DNA of 64,000 nt from the NCBI GenBank assembly GCA_001600815.1, contig BCKZ01000003.1:310001-374000 (forward strand), read 5' to 3'. Shown piece by piece: positions 1 through 10,195 of the stretch. The notes beneath the pieces were generated by a model, which saw only the letters and a program-made list of their open reading frames with translations, searched no databases and was not told the DNA's origin. The stretch's first letter is position 1; every line of letters starts with the position of its first letter. The stretch is from Alloascoidea hylecoeti. Its lineage: Eukaryota. Both the position numbers and the translations under genes were made by a program.

Positions 1-2012
1 TGAGATATCCAAGTGTTACAATTACATCATTAGTCTGTCAATTAGTATCATATCCAATTGGACAAGCTTTTGCATCAATTTTTCCAATGTGGACTTTCAA
101 TTTTGGACGTTTGGGTAAATTTCAATTAAATCCAGATCGAAAATTCAATGTTAAGGAACATACTTTAATCACAATTATGGCTAATATATCTTTCACCTCC
201 GCTTGGGCTACAGATATTATCCAAGCACAGGTAAAATTTTATAATAGACCTGCTCCAACTGGATTACAGGTATTAATGGTTATCACCTGCCAATTATTTG
301 GTTTAGGTGTTGCTGGTCTAGTTGATGATATTTTGGTAAAACCCTCTTCTATGATTTGGCCAAGTACATTGGCTAATGTAGCATTATTTGATTCTATTCA
401 TTCAAAAGAAAATGCTCAAGTAGACGGTTGGAAAATCACCAGAATTAGATTTTTTCTTTATGTATTTATTGGATCATTTATTTACTACTGGCTTCCCGGT
501 TATATTTTCACAGCATTATCAACATTTGCTTTTATTTGCTGGGCTGCTCCTGGAAATATAGTAGTAAATCAAATATTTGGGATGCAACAAGGTCTTGGGT
601 TATCATTAGTAACTTTTGATTGGGCACAAATTGCTTATAATCTATCACCAATTTTAACCCCTGTTTGGGCACAATTAAATGTCGTTGCTGGATGGATAAT
701 CTTTTTTGTTATTCTTCCTCCAATACTTTATTACAAAAATAGTTTTTATTCGGCGTATCTTCCAATGTCATCTTCAACTGTATATGATCATTATGGTAAT
801 GAATATAATGGTTCAAGAATCATTGATGCTAATGGAAAATTTATCCTGGAAAAGTATAAAGAATATTCTCCTGTATTTCTTTCCGTAACATATGCCATTA
901 GTTATGGATGTTCTTTTGCTGTTTTGACTGCTGGTCCTGTTTATGTATATTTACAATACGGTACGGAAATTTGGAGTGCAATTAAAGGTTCCGGGAAAAA
1001 AGATATTCATGTTCGATTAATGGAAAGATATAAAGAAGTTCCGAAATGGTGGTATATTTTGTTAACTTTACTTGTCTACGTTGTTACTATTGTTATAATG
1101 GAAAAATATCATACTCAGTGGCCTGTCTGGGGTATAACTTTAGCGTTAGTAATGGTTCTTATTTTCATTTTACCAATTGGTATTATTTATGCAATCACAA
1201 ATACAAATACTAACTGTATGACTGTTCTTGGTCAAATAATTTCTGGTTATGCCCTTCCTGGATTGCCAATTGTAGCCCTTACATTTAAATTTTATGCGTA
1301 TACTGGCATTTCACAAGCAATGGCTTTTAGTCAAGATATGAAGTTAGGTTATTATATGAAAATCCCCAAAAGAAGTTTATTTTGGGCTCAGTTCATTTCT
1401 TGTGTTCTTGGTGCACTGGTTCAAGTTGGTGTTTTAATCTGGATGTTTGGAAATATTAGTGATTTATGTGATACTGATCAGTCTGATGGGTTTACCTGTC
1501 CCCAAGGACGTACCAATTTTGCAGCTTCGGTTGTTTGGGGTGCTGTTGGACCATCGCGAACATATGGAGTTGGTCAAATCTATTCTGGATTCTTACATTT
1601 ATTTTGGATAGGTGCTTTACTACCTATTATAACATACTTTCTGGCAAAAAGGTACCCAAACAATATTATTTTGAAGAATTTGAATTGGGTTGTTTTATTT
1701 GGTGGTACAGGTAATTATCCACCAGCAACTGGTATCAATTATGCTTCATGGGCTTGCTTTGGTTTATTTTTTAATTACTTTGTAAAAAGAAAATGGGGCG
1801 CTTGGTGGTCTAAATATGTTTTTGTAATGAGTTGTGCTTTAGATGTGGGTGTTGCTCTGGCTGGTATCATAATATTTTTTGCCCTTAGTTATCCAGGTGT
1901 TACCATAAGCTGGTGGGGCAATAATGTTAATAGTAACACAGCTGATGGTTTAGGGACACCTTATAAATCTTTACCTGAGACTGGGTACTTCGGTCCAGAT
2001 AGTTGGAGCTAA
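1..2012 (+). CDS. OPT-family oligopeptide transporter (Opt/Isp4-like), 5' end outside the window
   Basis: Frame is open from base 3 (RYPSVTITSLVCQLVSYPIG) into the 87..2012 ORF. It has the OPT motifs NPxxxFNVKEH, WPSTL, KEVPKWWY and DMKLGYYMKIP, many TM segments and C-terminal WWGN...FGP. Confidence 0.93.
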   Translation, partial: RYPSVTITSLVCQLVSYPIGQAFASIFPMWTFNFGRLGKFQLNPDRKFNVKEHTLITIMANISFTSAWATDIIQAQVKFYNRPAPTGLQVLMVITCQLFGLGVAGLVDDILVKPSSMIWPSTLANVALFDSIHSKENAQVDGWKITRIRFFLYVFIGSFIYYWLPGYIFTALSTFAFICWAAPGNIVVNQIFGMQQGLGLSLVTFDWAQIAYNLSPILTPVWAQLNVVAGWIIFFVILPPILYYKNSFYSAYLPMSSSTVYDHYGNEYNGSRIIDANGKFILEKYKEYSPVFLSVTYAISYGCSFAVLTAGPVYVYLQYGTEIWSAIKGSGKKDIHVRLMERYKEVPKWWYILLTLLVYVVTIVIMEKYHTQWPVWGITLALVMVLIFILPIGIIYAITNTNTNCMTVLGQIISGYALPGLPIVALTFKFYAYTGISQAMAFSQDMKLGYYMKIPKRSLFWAQFISCVLGALVQVGVLIWMFGNISDLCDTDQSDGFTCPQGRTNFAASVVWGAVGPSRTYGVGQIYSGFLHLFWIGALLPIITYFLAKRYPNNIILKNLNWVVLFGGTGNYPPATGINYASWACFGLFFNYFVKRKWGAWWSKYVFVMSCALDVGVALAGIIIFFALSYPGVTISWWGNNVNSNTADGLGTPYKSLPETGYFGPDSWS

Positions 2013-2182
2013 TTAGCTTACCTTTCATCAACCCTATAACTTGCTAATAAGTATAATAATATTGTAAAGACCTGGTATATAATACTTTAAAATTTTACTT
2101 AGATATTTACTTAATTCAGCTTCATAATGATGTGGACTTTTCTTTCAATTTACACACGCATATATAATTAATTTAAATGAAC

Positions 2183-3334
2183 CTAGTTTTCAACACTAGA
2201 AACATATTTTTGATACAACTCTGGATACCAGATCCTACTTACATCTTTATGACTAACAACTCTATTCCTTAGATGTGCTTCGCCTAAACAAGCATATTGT
2301 GGTTGAATAAATTCACTACCAACATCAACCTGTCTCTTTTTTGTGTCAACAGGATCGGGTATTTTATCAACAATGTATTTCAATTGTGTTCGAATATCTT
2401 CGTGTGTTAAATCAAGTCTCACAGAGTTAAAATATGCTATGGAGTACCTGCTTTCATTAGACTCTGGGGAAACGACTTGGTGGGTTGTTGCACCACACCT
2501 TCCACCCGTCAATGCTTCAAATCCTTGAGCAATATTGACTGCAAATGAATCTTTAATTGGTTTCACCGGTATCCAACTGCCATTACAATCTAGTGCTTCC
2601 AATCCACCGACATCATCTTGAAGAACAAAAGTAAATAGTCCGGAACTATCTTTATGGGGTCCTACACCTTGAGATGCTTGACCTGAATGTAAAACTTTAT
2701 TATTATTGTTATTAACTGGAGGATACCTAATCAGCTTTAAACGATTAATCTCACCACTAAATTCACCAATAGACTTGGATGGCAAATTCAAGCATTCAGC
2801 AACAAGAACTAAAAATCTATCAGATAATTCATCCATTGCATCTAAATATTCTTCAACAATGCTTTTAAAACCAGGCAATACATCATCTGGGGGATATAAA
2901 CTTGGTCCTGTCAATCTTTTCCACTGTGATTGTGAGGGATCCCAATCACTATCTTTTTTCCAATTTCCAAAATCATATTGTTCTCTAATATCTACATTTT
3001 TGGCAGTGGTTTCTGAACCCACCTGTGTATAGCCTAAGAAATGTGGACTATTTACCATATTAATTTTTTCCTTCTCCTCTTGCGGTATTGTGAATGCCTT
3101 TGGTGAAAATTCTTGTAAACGTCTTGCAATATCTTCTACTCCATGATTAATAATATAAAGGAATCCAATTTTGAATAATGCATCTCTCAGATGTTCCAAT
3201 AGTTTTGGTTTCGTTGCTGGATCTTTAGCTAGTGATAAATCAATAATATTAATTTCTGTTGGCCTAGGTGTGGGGGAGTCTGAAGATAAGGTATTGATGA
3301 TAGATTTCTGCTCTGAATTTATTGCGATTGGCAT
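2183..3334 (-). CDS. 2-oxoglutarate/Fe(II) dioxygenase, IPNS/Isp7-like (DIOX_N + 2OG-FeII_Oxy)
   Basis: IIDLS...GFLYIINHG N-domain, HKD...H iron triad (GVGPHKD, ATTHQV) and RYS 2OG-binding motif. Confidence 0.92.
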   Translation of the reverse strand: MPIAINSEQKSIINTLSSDSPTPRPTEINIIDLSLAKDPATKPKLLEHLRDALFKIGFLYIINHGVEDIARRLQEFSPKAFTIPQEEKEKINMVNSPHFLGYTQVGSETTAKNVDIREQYDFGNWKKDSDWDPSQSQWKRLTGPSLYPPDDVLPGFKSIVEEYLDAMDELSDRFLVLVAECLNLPSKSIGEFSGEINRLKLIRYPPVNNNNNKVLHSGQASQGVGPHKDSSGLFTFVLQDDVGGLEALDCNGSWIPVKPIKDSFAVNIAQGFEALTGGRCGATTHQVVSPESNESRYSIAYFNSVRLDLTHEDIRTQLKYIVDKIPDPVDTKKRQVDVGSEFIQPQYACLGEAHLRNRVVSHKDVSRIWYPELYQKYVSSVEN

Positions 3335-4834
3335 CCTTGCAATTAAGTTTTATCTTTAATTTCTTAATGAATATTCGAAAGAAAAAGATATCGATGAACC
3401 TGTGAATCTTTAAATATTAATAATTGTAATTTTTAACTGCTGATCTTATATGGTGAATTATAGTTTAAGCATGTTATAATTAATCGTGATAATGTCGGAA
3501 GCCGCTAATAGCCGATCGCAAATTCAAACCGTTCAACACAAAGACGACTCTTCTGAAAAACATGGATATGGAAGAGTTTCGGCACGTAAAAGGACTTTTC
3601 TGGATGATCATGAGAAGAACCAAACGAACAGAACATACGGTCTGGAATTTGAAAAGATGGTCGTACTTCACTTCATACAGTGGTTGTGGATCCTAATAAT
3701 CCATCACTCGTAGATATAACTGTTTATGATGTTAAGACCGCTAACAGTAAACACATTATAATTAATATATCATCTTATAAGTTATGACTTATAGACTAAT
3801 ATAATCTCTAGAATTTACGGAACGTGATGCACTATTTTAACAAATTAAGTTAGTCAGTAGTTATAATATTTTGCCATTTTTATTTAGAGTAATGACCCAA
3901 AGTGTGTGAGCATTTATGCTAAAGATTTTTTTACATGGCCGAAATTAAGTAGAATGACCCTATGTCCATTTCTCATGCTTGGGATCACCCTGCCTTTGAG
4001 TGCTAAGATGTTTGGATGTTAGGAAGTACTTGCTGCAGTAAAGTGAAGACTTTATTCTAATGCATATGCGGATGATTCTTTAATTCTGCTCCTAATAATC
4101 AAATATTGGATGTGAAACCAAGTCAGGATTAAATAGAAATTTCCAATAAAATATTTCGGACTATCCGAGACTTTCTTAGGTATAGGCCCCTACATGACAA
4201 TCGCAAAATCTCCAACAGGTTGAATTCGAATTAAAGTTTCATAGTAATTTTCAAGTTTAGGCATCTGTATCTTTTAGTGAAAGTTTAATTCTTTTTTTTA
4301 GTGACTTCCTTCACATATTTACAGAACTAGATGCCCACCAAGGAAAAGACATCTATTTGATCTGGATCTATTCCCCCTGCGAAAACGTGCTAACAATCGA
4401 TATCTAATTGAAGGAATGGTCAATCAACAATTACAAGTAGGAGTTTTCCAAAAATTTCTAACCAAAGTAAGTAATAGCGGAACAAACTTCCGTATACAGT
4501 CAAACGATAACTATAAATTTATGCAGCTGCAACTTAAAAAGCCTTCCCAAATAATTGCAGCTCCATTACCCTTATCTACGAAATGGCACGGGCCATTATG
4601 CCGAAACCTGTAATAAATTAGCAAAGATTATTATGATGTTCAATGTTCATGAAGATCGTTACAAATGGAATATATATAAAGATGCTGTATATCCTGATGC
4701 TTGATTTCCTTTGATTTAAATCTATAGTTGAATATTTATTTGAAAATAGTCCCAGGACTTGTTTAAACTTAATGAATTAGTTAATTAGACTTATAACTGT
4801 TTTAATATTTTATTTTTCTTTGAGTTGCTTTGTG

Positions 4835-5680
4835 ATGACAAAAAATACACCTAAATCTTCTCCTATAACTATATCCAGCTATAATACTTGTTTAAATATC
4901 AAGCAACCAAGGAAAACTCAAAGGGCTCCAAAATCTTGTACATTTTGTGCTAAGCGGAAAATAAGATGTAGTAAGACAATACCTTGCAATAGTTGTATCA
5001 AAAGAGGAACACCTCATCTATGTACCAGAGAAGTGGTTTTGGTGAAAGGTATTATCAAAAATGCCAATAATGAAAGAAGAATCGAACAACCAAATTTTAA
5101 ACAACATCAAATGAAAAGAACTAGATCTAGAAGGCCTAGGGTTGTTAGGGAGAATTCTTTTAAATCACAATCAAGTTACTCATCGCAGAATCATACTACT
5201 ACTAGTTCTAATGCTACAAGTCCAAACCTAAGTCCAACTGAATCAGATTTCGAGATGTCCAATATTTTTTGCAACTGGGATTCAAATATAAAGGATAAAC
5301 AAAAATACAAATCATTTGATGATCAAATAACGGATACTATTGTTAAAAAAGAACAATTTCAACAATCAATTACAGGCATCAATCTTGATATTATGTCGTC
5401 AATATCATTAGATAATTCCAACATTAATACTTGTTCAAGTTATAGTGAAATACAATCAAATATCAACAACAATTTTATAATATCAAAATCCGAATCTATG
5501 CTAACTTCAAGTTCAACATCAACATCATCATTTAATAGTAGTGATGATTCTTTAATTAATAATGATGCGAAATTTGCTTATTTGCAGGTCCCAAACTCTC
5601 CGAAATCTTTCAATCGTTTATTTCCTTCATTTTTGAACGATATAATTATAAGTTCAGATCATAATATTAATTACATGTAA
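4835..5680 (+). CDS. Zn(II)2Cys6 zinc-cluster protein, short, with no obvious middle homology region
   Basis: CTFCAKRKIRCSKTIPCNSCIKRGTPHLC followed by a Ser/Asn-rich low-complexity tail. First ATG at 4835; the track start 4820 is TTG. Confidence 0.85.
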   Translation: MTKNTPKSSPITISSYNTCLNIKQPRKTQRAPKSCTFCAKRKIRCSKTIPCNSCIKRGTPHLCTREVVLVKGIIKNANNERRIEQPNFKQHQMKRTRSRRPRVVRENSFKSQSSYSSQNHTTTSSNATSPNLSPTESDFEMSNIFCNWDSNIKDKQKYKSFDDQITDTIVKKEQFQQSITGINLDIMSSISLDNSNINTCSSYSEIQSNINNNFIISKSESMLTSSSTSTSSFNSSDDSLINNDAKFAYLQVPNSPKSFNRLFPSFLNDIIISSDHNINYM

Positions 5681-6996
5681 TTGTAATAATAATCATGTTA
5701 ACATCAAAAGATTCAGATGAATAATAATAAGAACAATTATTATAGAGAATCACAACAATTGCAATATCGTTCAAATTTACATGCACATGATCGATATATG
5801 TATCAATAGATTTCTACTCTTGATGGTAGTAAGCATGAGATAGATGAAAAACAAAGAAAAAGATTCTTTAAACTTATTTCTGCTATATTACCTGGATTTA
5901 ATAGCAGATCTAGAGATCAGATTTGTATGGATACTGATTTTAATATAATTTAAAGCGCGCGCTAATGGTAGATAGTAGATAGTAGATAGGGATATAGAAA
6001 GTATTAATGTTTATGAATATAATAATGACCGGCTTCATTTTTTGTTATTTTGATATTTTAATTGAAATTTTTCACAGCGTTAGACTTTATCAGCAGCACT
6101 AGTAGATAATAAAATTAGGAGTATTGTTCAAGGTTCATTCAAACAATTTAAATTTGTTTAGATCAACTTAAAGTCAAGATCTTGAAGTCAAGATCTTGAA
6201 GTGATTCAGTCTGATCGATTGATATTCGAGCATGCAGAAATGTCGCTATTGATTTCCTTATCCGAACTTTTTCCTGATTTTATCGCATCTATAGTAATCT
6301 CATGATGAAAGAACAGCATCTTACGATTAATTCATGTAAATAATATTTTCAAATCAGTCATATTGATATCAATAGATTATAACGGAATTAGTATTATAAT
6401 TGATAGCCAATTTAGCCACACATATGCATCAATAAGGCCGACGGCACTCATATTATTATACAATTGCAACGCCGTGCGGGAAATGGAGGAACAATCAATA
6501 TCATCCATCCCAATTAAATTTAGTATGCAATTAATTATTGATAAGTTGTGCAATGATAATGAACTTGACGTGGGTAAATTTGGCCTTCTAAATCCCACAT
6601 CAATACACCCAAATACCTGCTAAGTGATCCAGGTTTCATAAATATACCATGTTCTATTCTAATGATATAATGATATCGATTATACTAATTAATATTTATA
6701 TTCATTGTGAAACTAGTGGGGGGATATTAATCATAACTCGCAAATGAAAAATTAAATTTACTGTCCCTCCTTAATTAACATAGGATTACAACTACTCAAT
6801 ATTTTCATAAACAAGGAAAGAAGTGATAAATCATAAAACTTTTTAAATTCCCTATATAACATTAACTAACCATTCTTATATAATTGCAAAACGTTAACCA
6901 TAGACATTGAAGACTAAAAAAAAATCATTAATTAAAGATTTGTCCCTAAAATATCGTCTATCTCAAAAATTTCATTAAGATCAAGAAATCCAAATT

Positions 6997-8064
6997 TTAA
7001 AATCCATTTGGATAAAAAACAATTTTTCTTGCTTTATGTTGATCAAACATATCATAGGCCTTCGGAGCATCAGTTAAAGGTAATCTATAATCAATAAAAT
7101 CTTTAAATTGATCAGCAACCTTTGTAAAAACTTCTAAAGCTGGTGGGAATAATGACCATGATGGACAACGACCAAATTGTAATTTCGCATTCTTTAAATA
7201 ACAATCTAATCCATTAAATGGTAAAGCCCCATGTTGATAACCAATTGAAGAAATAAATCCACAAGCTCTAATAACTTTAAATGCCATTCCAATTGCGTCT
7301 TCACTACCAACAACTTCAAAAACAACATCTGCACCTCTACCACCAGTACCCTCCTTTACAATCTTTTCAACATCATCTTTTGTAAAATCTAATGGAATTG
7401 CACCGAATTGTTTAGCCTGTTCTAATCTTGATGGTACAGAATCAACGGCGTAAATTGTCTTAATACCCAATTGTTTTGCAGAAGCGATGGCACAAAGACC
7501 AACTGGACCACAACCGAAGAGTACAGCTACCGCTTCATTAATTTCTTCTTGTGAAGCATTATTTGTATAATTTGAAACACCAAAGTAACCAGTTGTAAAG
7601 ATATCAGCCATTAAAACTAAAACAGAATCATCAACCTCTGCAGGCTTTTTAAATACAGTACCATCGGCGAGTGGAACTCTTGCGTATTCTGCTTGACCAC
7701 CATCTAATTTTGGAGTACCAAACACAAGAGCATCTTTACATTGTGAAGAGAATCCTCTTGAACAGAACCAACATTTACCACATTGACAAGTAAAACAAGA
7801 GACAACTTCATCACCGACCTTAACTGTCTCCACAGCATCTCCTGCAGCAACAACGGTACCAGTAAATTCATGGCCCATAATATGGCCTACACCAGTAGCT
7901 AAATTACCTCTATAAGTATGCAATTCAGATCCACATAGACCGGTGCATTTAACTTTAATGATGATATCTCTTGGATCTTGAATCTGGGGAACGGGTTTAT
8001 CTTCAATGACGATGTTATGTGGGCCTCTGAAAACAGCGGCTTTCATTGTTTCTGGTAAAGACAT
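6997..8064 (-). CDS. Zn-dependent medium-chain alcohol/aldehyde dehydrogenase (FDH-like MDR)
   Basis: CGSELH, GHEFTG, structural Zn CGKCWFCSRGFSSQC and GCGPVG NAD-binding motif. Start at MSLPET (8064) preferred over 8079. Confidence 0.92.
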   Translation of the reverse strand: MSLPETMKAAVFRGPHNIVIEDKPVPQIQDPRDIIIKVKCTGLCGSELHTYRGNLATGVGHIMGHEFTGTVVAAGDAVETVKVGDEVVSCFTCQCGKCWFCSRGFSSQCKDALVFGTPKLDGGQAEYARVPLADGTVFKKPAEVDDSVLVLMADIFTTGYFGVSNYTNNASQEEINEAVAVLFGCGPVGLCAIASAKQLGIKTIYAVDSVPSRLEQAKQFGAIPLDFTKDDVEKIVKEGTGGRGADVVFEVVGSEDAIGMAFKVIRACGFISSIGYQHGALPFNGLDCYLKNAKLQFGRCPSWSLFPPALEVFTKVADQFKDFIDYRLPLTDAPKAYDMFDQHKARKIVFYPNGF

Positions 8065-8332
8065 TTTTATGTTATACAATTCTTGAAAATTCTTGGAAAT
8101 GTAATGGTAATTGGGAAACGAAGGATTATGAAGCGACTTAAATAGTACGGATCAATAATAAGGAAGGTGTGGGTTCGGGATTAATTCAACCCACGCTCCT
8201 ACTTTTACCGCGGCTATTCTCTGATCTAGAGACCCCCGCTAGTAAATGCTTACAACACAATACAGAAAAAATGCGCCCCCACATATTAATCTTCAATTCA
8301 TTACTTAGATTTTTTTTTATTTAAATTTAAAT

Positions 8333-9454
8333 TTAATCCCAATTTTCAGTCGGCTTTTCAGCTTGTGGTGTCAATCTGAAAGCATGTCTTCTTTGTCCCG
8401 TACCCCAATCTAACAAGGCACTATGAGATGCTCTTCTATTATCCCAAACAACAACAGAACCTGGTTCCCATTTAGCCCGTACTTGGAAATCATGACTTTT
8501 ATTTAAAACATCATATAAGAAATTTAAAATTGCATCTGATTCTTCAACTTTTAATCCAACGATATTTCTTGTAAATTGTGGATTAACGTATATTGATTTC
8601 TTCTTGGTAACTGGATGTTGTCTAATAACTGGATGAATGTTACTAACTGGTTCTCTTCTAACAACTCCACCTCTTTGTCTTGAGGCTTCTGCTTGTTCAT
8701 AAGCTGAATGAACAGCCGTTAATCCCGCTAATTTTTCTTGGAACAATGGTGATAATCTTTCGTAAGCTTCCTGTGTATCAACAAAAATTGTATCCCCACC
8801 AGTTGGTGGTCCTTCTAACATGGCTAAAAAGGTTGTACCAGGTGGTTGTTTTTCAAAAGAAACATCTGAATGGTATGCAACTGAAGAAATATGGGTAGCA
8901 AAATAATTTTCAAAAACCTTATCATCTTTTTGCCTATAGACTAGGTGAATTTCCGGAAATCCATTTGGTGAACCAGAAGTTGGATGAACATGACCATGAC
9001 CAAAATATTCACCATAAGCAGCAGCTTCTTGAATAGGCAAATCTTTAAAATCTTGATCTCTGAAAACAACAACACCTCTTTGTGCAACATATAAAGCTAA
9101 TTCATCTTTACCTTTTGATGATAATGAAGATAATTGAATACCTCTAACTTCAGTGCCAAATTTAGGAGTTAAATCATTTTTATAAGCAGCCGCATTTCTT
9201 GGAAATAAATTTGGTAATGTGGGGTCAGCTTTTAATCCAACATCTTTAAATTCAAATTCTTCAAGTGGTGGATATTTTTCATTTGTATCCCAATATGGTA
9301 AATATTGAGGATATTTTGAAAGTTGATGTTCTGTTTTGGTAACAGTTAATTTACCATCTTCAACGTTTGCAGTATTATCTTTTTCTTTCCAATCATTTCT
9401 GAAAGATGAAGCATCAATGGCTTGGATTCTAAAAGCAACACTTGCACTGGCCAT
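8333..9454 (-). CDS. JLP1: TauD/Jlp1 alpha-ketoglutarate-dependent sulfonate dioxygenase
   Basis: LTPKFGTEVRGIQL, QRGVVVFRDQD, HSDVSFE, GGDT and WDNRRASH motifs. Confidence 0.93.
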   Translation of the reverse strand: MASASVAFRIQAIDASSFRNDWKEKDNTANVEDGKLTVTKTEHQLSKYPQYLPYWDTNEKYPPLEEFEFKDVGLKADPTLPNLFPRNAAAYKNDLTPKFGTEVRGIQLSSLSSKGKDELALYVAQRGVVVFRDQDFKDLPIQEAAAYGEYFGHGHVHPTSGSPNGFPEIHLVYRQKDDKVFENYFATHISSVAYHSDVSFEKQPPGTTFLAMLEGPPTGGDTIFVDTQEAYERLSPLFQEKLAGLTAVHSAYEQAEASRQRGGVVRREPVSNIHPVIRQHPVTKKKSIYVNPQFTRNIVGLKVEESDAILNFLYDVLNKSHDFQVRAKWEPGSVVVWDNRRASHSALLDWGTGQRRHAFRLTPQAEKPTENWD

Positions 9455-9547
9455 TATTATTTACTAATTGTGAGAATATAATGAATGTTTTGATAAGAAT
9501 GAGATAAAGGAAAATAGGGTGAATATATAGGCTTCTTGACCGTTGAA

Positions 9548-9557
9548 ATGACACCAT
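9548..9557. promoter_or_regulatory. ATGACACCAT, matching the CYS3/MetR bZIP sulfur-regulon consensus ATGRYRYCAT
   Basis: Exact consensus match ~95 bp upstream of the JLP1 ATG in the JLP1/permease divergent promoter. Function is inferred. Confidence 0.4.
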
Positions 9558-10195
9558 ATCACATGGATTGGCCAAATCCTACAATTAGACTTTTCTGTGA
9601 TATCAACGTTTGAAAATTTAGAGTAGTGGAAGATCTAATTATTAATTTGCTAGATTAACCAACGGATTGGATGAATTATCGGGGGTTTGTCATGATGAAT
9701 CATTGATGATCTATACGATACGCCATATGTACATTACACACTATAATAGTCTACGAATATATGATGATTTCTGTTGAAAAGCCCGGAACTTTAGAAATAG
9801 TGTCGTATATTAAATAGCTGTCGCGGGATTAATTGCTGATATTGACATACGCCCAGACACAGGGCTGATAGCGCCCATATAAGCCACAAATCCCCGATTG
9901 CGTGCTCAGGTGAGTTGATGTTGCGATTTAACTTTGAGATTGCGTGCTAGATTTGTATGCAGCGTTGCAAGATTTTCCCTGCATCAGTCCTTCTTCCGAT
10001 GTTCATCAACATATTTTTATAAGTTTATGGTATCGAGATTAGCTGAAAATTTTCAATGGCTTATAAATATTCATAATATATCAATTAAAACCAATGTTGG
10101 GTCACATATACATAAGACAATTCCATTTCGTTGTACTATAAAAAGAGAGAGATGGAATAGTCCTTGTTTCATTTTTCAGTTCTAGGGTAATTGTG

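Noticed and set aside
6200..6623. Short ORFs possibly encoding a missing C-terminal domain of the Zn-cluster protein
   Set aside because: No recognisable motif, and I found no in-phase splice path from the 4835-5680 ORF.
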